This document shows positions 1 to 6,597 of a stretch of DNA of 38,575 nt, in pieces; the first letter of the stretch is position 1; each line of letters begins with the position of its first letter. Under the pieces are notes generated by a model. It did no database searches and was not told the DNA's origin. It saw nothing but the letters and a program-made list of their open reading frames with translations. Source of the stretch: a virus (taxonomy: Duplodnaviria > Caudoviricetes); IMG/VR virus record IMGVR_UViG_3300024520_000210, positions 1 to 38,575 of that record; one strand, given 5' to 3'. The position numbers and the translations under genes were made by a program.

Positions 1-208
1 CGAGTTAGCAAAGATATTAAAAGAAGAAAATCCAGATTTTTCTTATATGGACCTAAGCGGCGTAGATCTGAGAGATGCAGAGCTGCGAGATTCAAACCTG
101 AGAGGTGCAGACCTGAGCGGGGCAAACCTGAGAAAGGCAGACCTAAGGGGTGCAAAAATAACAAAAAGACAGGAGCGTTTCTTACCTTCAGCTATGGGCA
201 TAGAGGTA
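1..208. repeat. Terminal redundancy (left copy; circular overlap) matching 38128-38575 minus a 240-bp internal block
   Basis: Direct comparison: 1-120 = 38128-38247 and 121-208 = 38488-38575. Confidence 0.95.
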
Positions 209-226
209 TGTGAAGTAAATGATTAA
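2..226 (+). CDS. 3' part of pentapeptide-repeat protein 2 (short allele; continues gene starting at 38102)
   Basis: Hand translation ELAKILKEENPDFSYMDLSGVDLRDAELRDSNLRGADLSGANLRKADLRGAKITKRQERFLPSAMGIEVCEVND*; stop TAA 224-226. Confidence 0.85.
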   Translation, partial: ELAKILKEENPDFSYMDLSGVDLRDAELRDSNLRGADLSGANLRKADLRGAKITKRQERFLPSAMGIEVCEVND

Positions 227-362
227 ATTAGAGATAAAGGAAGTATTTAAATTATTCATATACTGGATACCAATCCTTATAATTTGGGCGACAGGAGTCG
301 GGGTTTACCAGATGATTAAAGAAATTAAATTAATAAATAAGATAAAAGGATTAAGGAAGTGA
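219..362 (+). CDS. Small membrane protein (47 aa, not in ORF track)
   Basis: MIKLEIKEVFKLFIYWIPILIIWATGVGVYQMIKEIKLINKIKGLRK*; one hydrophobic helix; overlaps upstream stop and downstream GTGA start/stop. Confidence 0.65.
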   Translation: MIKLEIKEVFKLFIYWIPILIIWATGVGVYQMIKEIKLINKIKGLRK

Positions 363-694
363 AGAAGAAAAAAATACAGAAAATGATTATTAGGTGTATA
401 GAGAACTCTTATTTATATAAGAGAAACATAACTGGTCATCAAGAAAGCCAGGCTTATAAGGAAAGGATTGAAAAAGAAACCGAAGATAAATTCTCTATCA
501 AATTAGACTGTCTAAAGTTTTATATAGAAAGCATGTTAGATATTCTATTAAAAAGAGGGGCTGTAGAGGTTGTAGACATAGAAGAGTTGAGTATAATTGG
601 GAAATCTAAAGAAGAAATAGAACTGTATTTTATACAAAGGGAAATGCAGGATATGACAAAGGATAGCTACCCTGAATCGGAGGAGAATAAATGA
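359..694 (+). CDS. Hypothetical phage protein
   Basis: 111-aa ORF translationally coupled to both neighbours. Confidence 0.7.
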   Translation: MKKKKIQKMIIRCIENSYLYKRNITGHQESQAYKERIEKETEDKFSIKLDCLKFYIESMLDILLKRGAVEVVDIEELSIIGKSKEEIELYFIQREMQDMTKDSYPESEENK

Positions 695-921
695 ACACAA
701 AAGAAGACTTTTTAAAATTATGGGAGAACTTATCAACAGCGACAAACAACTTGATAAAGATGACAGAGACCAACCGACGCCTTATATCTGGCCTATCTGT
801 CTTATTAATAGAGAAAGGTGTAATTACATCCGATGAGATTAAGAAACTAGAGGAGGATGTAGTTGCCGCATTGGTTAAGAAGAAGAAGAGACGGAGACGT
901 CGAGGAAAGGAAATAAAATAA
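691..921 (+). CDS. Hypothetical protein, helical, with very basic C-terminal tail
   Basis: GGAGGAG SD; tail KKKKRRRRRGKEIK; LLIEKGVITSDE similar to ILLKRGAVEVVD in the upstream ORF. Confidence 0.7.
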   Translation: MNTKEDFLKLWENLSTATNNLIKMTETNRRLISGLSVLLIEKGVITSDEIKKLEEDVVAALVKKKKRRRRRGKEIK

Positions 922-1115
922 TGACTAGACTACAGTGCCCTAACTGCGACGAAACGTTCAAAACAGGCCATACAAATATACCTGGAGAGAAAGACGATAA
1001 AGGAATACTTAGAGAGGTGTGCCCTCGTTGCAGTAAAATAATGGATGAGTGCTTTTACTGCGGGGACAGCTTCGAGGAGAAGACGGAGAATTACTGCCCA
1101 CACTGTTTTAAATAG
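921..1115 (+). CDS. Double zinc-ribbon small protein
   Basis: Four CxxC motifs (CPNC, CPRC, CFYC, CPHC). Confidence 0.75.
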   Translation: MTRLQCPNCDETFKTGHTNIPGEKDDKGILREVCPRCSKIMDECFYCGDSFEEKTENYCPHCFK

Positions 1116-1129
1116 TGTATAATACCGGA

Positions 1130-1366
1130 ATGCAAGGTCCAAGTCCGTTTCATAATGACCCGAATCCATTCGCAAGCTTCTTATTTGGATTCCCGGTGAT
1201 CGGTAAAAATTCAGGGCCTTCTGAACCCGGTGACGTTTCAGATGAATTGGAAGAAGATTTCTCAGACACTCAGATCCTAAACCAGAAGTTAGACCTAATT
1301 TTGGCCAGGTTATCAAAACTTGAATCAATGGGAATGACGGGTAAAATAAGCGGCTCAATACTTTAA
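1130..1366 (+). CDS. Hypothetical protein with C-terminal coiled coil (start 1130 ATG preferred; GTG 1115 possible)
   Basis: ORF track 1115..1366; TATAAT at 1118-1123 lies 6 nt before ATG 1130. Confidence 0.5.
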   Translation: MQGPSPFHNDPNPFASFLFGFPVIGKNSGPSEPGDVSDELEEDFSDTQILNQKLDLILARLSKLESMGMTGKISGSIL

Positions 1367-1390
1367 TATTTATAGATAGTAAAAAGGTAT

Positions 1391-1419
1391 TTTACAAATA
1401 CTTTAATACTATGTATACT
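1391..1419 (+). promoter_or_regulatory. Sigma70-type promoter for replication operon
   Basis: TTTACA (1391-1396), 17 nt spacer, TATACT (1414-1419) in AT-rich intergenic gap. Confidence 0.65.
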
Positions 1420-1502
1420 GCGTAAATATTAATAAAAAAAACATTTCCCAGACAATCATAATAACTCGGTAAATGGAATAAATCAAACAGAAAGGCGGAG
1501 CA

Positions 1503-1946
1503 ATGAATTACAAAGAGCTTATAAATAAGAAACGCGAATTGATTGAGACGACAAAGAAACTGGATGAATATGCTGAGGGGCTTCTTGAAAAGAAAAAGAG
1601 CATATTGGATAAAGTTGAGTTAATAGTCTCTAACGACCTAAAGCCATTAAAGGAAGAGATATCGCAAATAGATGCAGAGGTAGAGACTATTTTAAAAGAG
1701 ACTGGGGGGGATAAGATAGTTATTGATGGTTACGGAGCTTATCTGAATGATGAGATGAGCATAAAGATAGTGGATATGGACAAGGCTATTGGTTGGGCGA
1801 TTAAGAACCCTGGTGTTTTAAAGAAGGATATTTTAAAAGTAACGGAGGTGAATAGGCTTATAAAAGAAGGATTAGTGCCAGACCCAGAAACGGACGGAGT
1901 AGATTGCAATGATTCATATCAAAAAATCTCATTTCGGAGAAGGTAA
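1503..1946 (+). CDS. Coiled-coil phage protein, Gam/Gp157-like architecture
   Basis: N-terminal long helix then small beta domain; precedes SSB-like gene. Confidence 0.45.
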   Translation: MNYKELINKKRELIETTKKLDEYAEGLLEKKKSILDKVELIVSNDLKPLKEEISQIDAEVETILKETGGDKIVIDGYGAYLNDEMSIKIVDMDKAIGWAIKNPGVLKKDILKVTEVNRLIKEGLVPDPETDGVDCNDSYQKISFRRR

Positions 1947-2021
1947 TTGCGGGCAGGTAGTTTTGTATTACCCCAAGGACAGTGTTTATTTAATAAAAAA
2001 AGATAGCTTAGCAAAAAAAAT

Positions 2022-2732
2022 ATGGAGAAAAATATGTCAAATGCATTAGTTAAAGAAGATAAGTCAATGGCAGTGCCAGAGTATTTAAAGAGTTTCCAGG
2101 GGGAGGGGGCTGAAGACGTTTCGTCTGATATGATCGAGAAGACTTTCCTCTCTATGTCTCATGAGGATAAAGGGAGTATTAAATTAGGGGATTGGTACGA
2201 CTCATTAACAATGGAGTCGTTTGGACCTGAGGTAGTCGTTACTGTTTGTAAGATAACGAGAAGCTGGCGAAAGTTTAATAAGGACCTTGAGTTGGTTGCT
2301 TCATCAAAGGATGGTGTTAATTGGGATAACGCAGAGCTGGTAACAGAAGACGAGAAGTGGAAGTGTGCATTTATTGATATGTTTGTGTTAATAAACGAAA
2401 GAGATAGTGTGTTGCCCCTTATAACATCATTTAAATCGACTAGTTTTAAGACGGGCAGAAAGTTAGCAACAACAATCGCTAAATTCACAAGAGGAAATGG
2501 CGAGCCGATATTTGCCCGGAACTACACGTTACAAACAGAGAAGGTAAGTAATAAAAGCATGACGTGGGTTGTTTCTAAATATAAGTTAAACTCAGGATTT
2601 AACACTGAGGACATGGTCACTAAGGCCTCAAAGGTCCGGAAAATGGTAATGGATATTGAGCCAGTCATGACAGACTTAACTGATGTTGACCCAAATAACG
2701 ACAGCGACTTCACTGAAGAAGGCTTGGACTAA
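2022..2732 (+). CDS. Putative single-stranded DNA-binding protein
   Basis: Aromatic beta-rich core, acidic C-terminal tail (DVDPNNDSDFTEEGLD), upstream of helicase; ATG 2034 is an alternative start. Confidence 0.55.
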   Translation: MEKNMSNALVKEDKSMAVPEYLKSFQGEGAEDVSSDMIEKTFLSMSHEDKGSIKLGDWYDSLTMESFGPEVVVTVCKITRSWRKFNKDLELVASSKDGVNWDNAELVTEDEKWKCAFIDMFVLINERDSVLPLITSFKSTSFKTGRKLATTIAKFTRGNGEPIFARNYTLQTEKVSNKSMTWVVSKYKLNSGFNTEDMVTKASKVRKMVMDIEPVMTDLTDVDPNNDSDFTEEGLD

Positions 2733-2741
2733 GAGGCTGAT

Positions 2742-2924
2742 ATGTCAAAAAGCTCAAAAGTAGTTCATTTAAACTTTGAAGATAAAGACCACTTATTACT
2801 GAAGCAATCAGCGGATTCGCTAGGAATGCCACTAGCGACTTATGCCAAGGCACTTGTCTTGTCTACTTTAGAAAGAGCTGCTGCTCAAAGAACCCCAAGA
2901 AAAATAACAAACAACAGGGGTTGA
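2742..2924 (+). CDS. Ribbon-helix-helix DNA-binding protein (putative)
   Basis: KVVHLNF beta strand, helix, turn LGMPLATYAKALV: typical CopG/Arc/MobC pattern. Confidence 0.65.
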   Translation: MSKSSKVVHLNFEDKDHLLLKQSADSLGMPLATYAKALVLSTLERAAAQRTPRKITNNRG

Positions 2925-2928
2925 TAAA

Positions 2929-4521
2929 GTGGAATTAAGAGCAAAAAACAAAAAACTGGTACTCTATTGTACCTTCTTAGAGAGAGATTTCCCTAGAGAC
3001 CTAAAAGGTAGGTGGAGCGGAAGCTTGAAGGGTTGGGTATTCAGCCCTTCAATAATCTCTTACAACTCGATTGTTGAGAAGTCAGCAAAAGAAAAAATAG
3101 ATATTTTTATTGATGAAAAGGTAAGTAACTTCTTTAATAAAAAGAAAGAAAGCCTTGATGTATATAACTTGAATCAGAAATTCAAGACGAAGCCATATAA
3201 ATATCAAGAGAAAATAACATCATTAATTGTTCATAATAAAAAATGTTTTGTGTTTGCTGGTGTTGGTACAGGTAAAAGCAAGTCTGCAATTGATGCAGTA
3301 ACGGTTTTATGGAGCCAGGGGGAAATTAAAAAGGTTTTAGTGGTGTCCCCAGCCTCGATAATGTGGAACTTTGGTAATGAGATAGAACTTCACTCAGACT
3401 TTGATTACACGATCCTGCATGGTGGATTAGAGAAACGTAAAAAATTGATAGAAGACTCTAATACAGTATTTGACATTATTAATTACGAGATTCTTCACAA
3501 GATAGAGCCGCAGATTAAAGATAAGGGATACGATGCGATTATATTTGATGAAGTTCATTACTGTAAAAACAGAACCTCTAGCCGATCAAAAAGTGCCTAT
3601 AGATTATCGAAGAACATTGAAAGACGGATTGGACTCACAGGTACGATAATAAGTAATAGTTACGAGGATTTGTTTCAGCCATACAAAATCATTGATGAAT
3701 CGATATTTGGGAATACTTATTCAGGGTTCAGACAAAGATATTTTGTGATGGGTGGATTTCAGCAGTATGAGATTATTGGGTACAAAAACGAAAAAGAGAT
3801 AAAGAAATTGGTTGCAACTAATTCAATAAAATTTAACATAAGAGACGTTATAGATAACTTGCCTGAAGAAAAGAATATAATTAAAAAAATAAGATTGTCT
3901 GATAAGTCAATGAGGCTGTACAAGGAGCTCAAAAACAACATGATAATTGAGCATGAGAGAGGTGATATCATTGCATCTAATGTTCTTGAGCGGCTCATAC
4001 GTCTGTCACAGATAACCTCAGGTTATTTAGTGGATAAGGAAAATAGTCTAATCACTGATATCGGCAACGAAAAGACAGAGTATCTAAAAGGTTTGCTCTC
4101 TGAGATAACAGATAAGACAGCTATTTTTTGTAGGTTCAGAAGAAGTATAGATAGAGTTGTTGAGGTATGTGAGTCACTAGGCCTTAGTTATTACGTTTTT
4201 GACGGGAGAACCAAGGAGAAAGATTTATATTTAAAATTCAACACAGACGATACTCAGATATGGATTGCTCAGATACAAAAGTCTGAAGGGTACTCAATCC
4301 CATCGGCAAGGTACTGCATATTTTACGAGCTGGACTACTCCAGGAAAAATCATGTCCAGTCCAGAGGTAGAATATTAAGGGCCTCAGGGTCTAAACATGA
4401 CTGCATATTTTATATCTACCTTATAGCTAGCGGAACTATAGACGAGATAGTATATGAAACATTGAAGAATAAAAACTTTACTAGTCAGAATGCTTTAGAA
4501 TTGGTTAAAGGAGTAAATTAA
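2929..4521 (+). CDS. SNF2-family (SF2) helicase/ATPase
   Basis: Walker A GVGTGKS, DEVH box, motif III LTGT, motif VI QSRGRILR. Confidence 0.93.
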   Translation: MELRAKNKKLVLYCTFLERDFPRDLKGRWSGSLKGWVFSPSIISYNSIVEKSAKEKIDIFIDEKVSNFFNKKKESLDVYNLNQKFKTKPYKYQEKITSLIVHNKKCFVFAGVGTGKSKSAIDAVTVLWSQGEIKKVLVVSPASIMWNFGNEIELHSDFDYTILHGGLEKRKKLIEDSNTVFDIINYEILHKIEPQIKDKGYDAIIFDEVHYCKNRTSSRSKSAYRLSKNIERRIGLTGTIISNSYEDLFQPYKIIDESIFGNTYSGFRQRYFVMGGFQQYEIIGYKNEKEIKKLVATNSIKFNIRDVIDNLPEEKNIIKKIRLSDKSMRLYKELKNNMIIEHERGDIIASNVLERLIRLSQITSGYLVDKENSLITDIGNEKTEYLKGLLSEITDKTAIFCRFRRSIDRVVEVCESLGLSYYVFDGRTKEKDLYLKFNTDDTQIWIAQIQKSEGYSIPSARYCIFYELDYSRKNHVQSRGRILRASGSKHDCIFYIYLIASGTIDEIVYETLKNKNFTSQNALELVKGVN

Positions 4522-4757
4522 TGGGGATTAAAGTAACGGTTAAAAAAAAGAACAAAATCAGACTGCCTCATGAAGTAAAAGGAAAATCAGAAGTATTTTT
4601 AAATGACTCAGATTTTCATGAGTTTAAAATTTTCGTTGTTCGTGAGTCGATAAATCAAGCGGATAACATTCATCTTTATGGAATACAGAGACGTGAGTTG
4701 ATAGAAAAAATTTTTAATAGAAAAATTTGCCGTTATGCAGAGAAATTAGGGAGATAA
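4521..4757 (+). CDS. Hypothetical protein
   Basis: 78-aa ORF, TAATG coupling, AAGGAG SD. Confidence 0.65.
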   Translation: MGIKVTVKKKNKIRLPHEVKGKSEVFLNDSDFHEFKIFVVRESINQADNIHLYGIQRRELIEKIFNRKICRYAEKLGR

Positions 4758-4760
4758 TTA

Positions 4761-5807
4761 ATGACTTACGTTATAGCAGAGATTGGGCAGAACCATAATG
4801 GGAATTTCGAAATCGCTAGATCTTTAATAGATAAGGCAAAGGACTCTGGTGCCGATGCTGTTAAATTAACAATAAGAGATATAGATAACGAGATGACAGC
4901 AGACGCTGAGCGTCAAAAGTATTCGTCTAAAAACTCTTATGGTCGGACATACGGCTCTCATCGTCGGAGACTCGAGCTTTCTCTACTCAATAACGTATGG
5001 GCGTGTAACCATGCTAAAAAATTAAACCTGGACGTTGTCATTACATTTTGCTCAGAGTCACTGCTCTCTAAGCCAGAGGTTGTTTCGGGCATATTACCGA
5101 TAGCTTCTTATATAAAAGTAGCTTCTCGTGATATCACGAACGTTTTGCTATTAGAGAGACTGAACGATATAGAGAAACCGATAATTTTGTCATCTGGTCT
5201 ATCTGACTATTATGAGCTGGGAAACGCCATTAAGATTCTGTATAAGCGGAATATATCTATCTTGCACTGCGTGTCAAAATACCCTACGCATGCTAAGGAT
5301 GCTTATTTATCGAGGATAACGGCATTGAGGGACAGGTTTAACAATATGTATATGATAGGGTACTCCGACCACACAGTGGGATACAGAGCCTGTGTTCTAT
5401 CAGTCATGCTAGGTGTTTCGATCATTGAGAAGCATATAACATTAGATAAAAAGGGGAAGGGTAGCGATCATTGCTGTTCTCTAGAGCCTTCAGAATTCAA
5501 GTGTATGGTGAACGAGATTAAGGAATGCGAGTTATTACTGGGAGAGAATCGCCATATAGATAACGCCATTATAACAGAGGGGCGGGATATAAAAGATAAA
5601 GAAATAAACGCGAACAGAATAAAATTAATGAGATCGGTTTGTTCAGGTAGGAACATAGAGGCTGGCGAGGAATTGAAAAAACAAGACTTATGTTTACTTA
5701 GCCCCGGTGACGGAATACCTGGAGATAAACTAACCGATATAGTCGGGATGTTAGCTTTCAAGGATATCCCTAAGCACAAAACGATAGATATCGGAGATTT
5801 AATATGA
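4761..5807 (+). CDS. neuB: N-acetylneuraminate/nonulosonate(-9-phosphate) synthase, NeuB/SpsE family with C-terminal SAF domain
   Basis: IAEIGQNHNG, GADAVK, IKVASRD, PIILSSG, LHCVSKYP, GYSDHT, IEKHITLD, GSDH-x-x-SLEP, SAF-like RSVCSGRNIEAGE..SPGDGI. Confidence 0.93.
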   Translation: MTYVIAEIGQNHNGNFEIARSLIDKAKDSGADAVKLTIRDIDNEMTADAERQKYSSKNSYGRTYGSHRRRLELSLLNNVWACNHAKKLNLDVVITFCSESLLSKPEVVSGILPIASYIKVASRDITNVLLLERLNDIEKPIILSSGLSDYYELGNAIKILYKRNISILHCVSKYPTHAKDAYLSRITALRDRFNNMYMIGYSDHTVGYRACVLSVMLGVSIIEKHITLDKKGKGSDHCCSLEPSEFKCMVNEIKECELLLGENRHIDNAIITEGRDIKDKEINANRIKLMRSVCSGRNIEAGEELKKQDLCLLSPGDGIPGDKLTDIVGMLAFKDIPKHKTIDIGDLI

Positions 5808-6112
5808 GTACATTTTGTTTTGATATGGATGGAGTAATATGTAACATTGACAATGAATTCTATTGCGATCGAACGCCAATAAAAAAGACGATAGAGTTAA
5901 TTGGATTCTTAAGGGATGAAGGGGACTTAATTATTATCCATACAGGAAGACATATTAATGAACTCGTTGATACCAAGAACTGGCTAGAAGATAACGGCGT
6001 TTACTATGACCATCTACAATTTGGGAAGCCTGTAGCAGATGTGTATATCGATGATAAAGCATTGAGGTTTAATGGCGAGTGGACAAAGGAAACTTTAGAA
6101 TGCTTGCGATAA
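5804..6112 (+). CDS. Capless HAD-superfamily phosphatase (capsule-biosynthesis type)
   Basis: FDMDGVI (DxDG), HTGR, GKP, YIDDKA motifs. Confidence 0.88.
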   Translation: MSTFCFDMDGVICNIDNEFYCDRTPIKKTIELIGFLRDEGDLIIIHTGRHINELVDTKNWLEDNGVYYDHLQFGKPVADVYIDDKALRFNGEWTKETLECLR

Positions 6113-6597
6113 TCTGTGCTAAGGGGGAATCAACTAGGTTTCCTAATAAAAATAAAATTCTTTTACCTCAGGTTCTCTATGAGATGAATTATGAATTTAA
6201 AGGCAAAATGTTGTTAGCCACTGATAGTGAGGAAATCGCGAAGTTAGCTATCGGAAGAGTTAATATTTTAATGCGACCTAAGAATATAAGCAGAAACGAA
6301 ACATCGGTATTTGATGTTGCAAGATGGGCTTATAATAGTCTTAATGAGAGACATAAAATCATTATCGTAGTTCTACCTAATGTAATAGACTTTCAGTGGT
6401 TTCAAGTTGATCTTGGGATAAAGTTATTAAAAGAAAAAAATCTAAATGAGGTCAGAACATATAACTACGATGGGACTGAAAACGGCATTATAATAATGAG
6501 AGAAGATTGGTTCTTGAATGGGACGTTATCGGTTTACTGCGGAGCTATTATCTCAGATGCCTATGAAATACATCGCAAGTCAGAGTTACCTAAATGA
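6100..6597 (+). CDS. neuA: Acylneuraminate cytidylyltransferase-like protein (compact CMP-nonulosonate synthetase)
   Basis: AIICAKGESTRFPNKN resembles the IPARxGSKRxxxKN motif; ATDSEEI, RPKNIS; ATG 6100 with AAGGA SD preferred over GTG 6079. Confidence 0.8.
   Translation: MLAIICAKGESTRFPNKNKILLPQVLYEMNYEFKGKMLLATDSEEIAKLAIGRVNILMRPKNISRNETSVFDVARWAYNSLNERHKIIIVVLPNVIDFQWFQVDLGIKLLKEKNLNEVRTYNYDGTENGIIIMREDWFLNGTLSVYCGAIISDAYEIHRKSELPK

Noticed and set aside
548-5779. Minus-strand ORFs at 548, 930, 2159, 2522, 3759 and 5468
   Set aside because: Lie opposite well-supported, coupled plus-strand genes
4761-6597. Host capsule-locus contamination or chimera
   Set aside because: Genes are translationally coupled to phage neighbours (ATGA overlap with primase) and look similar in composition
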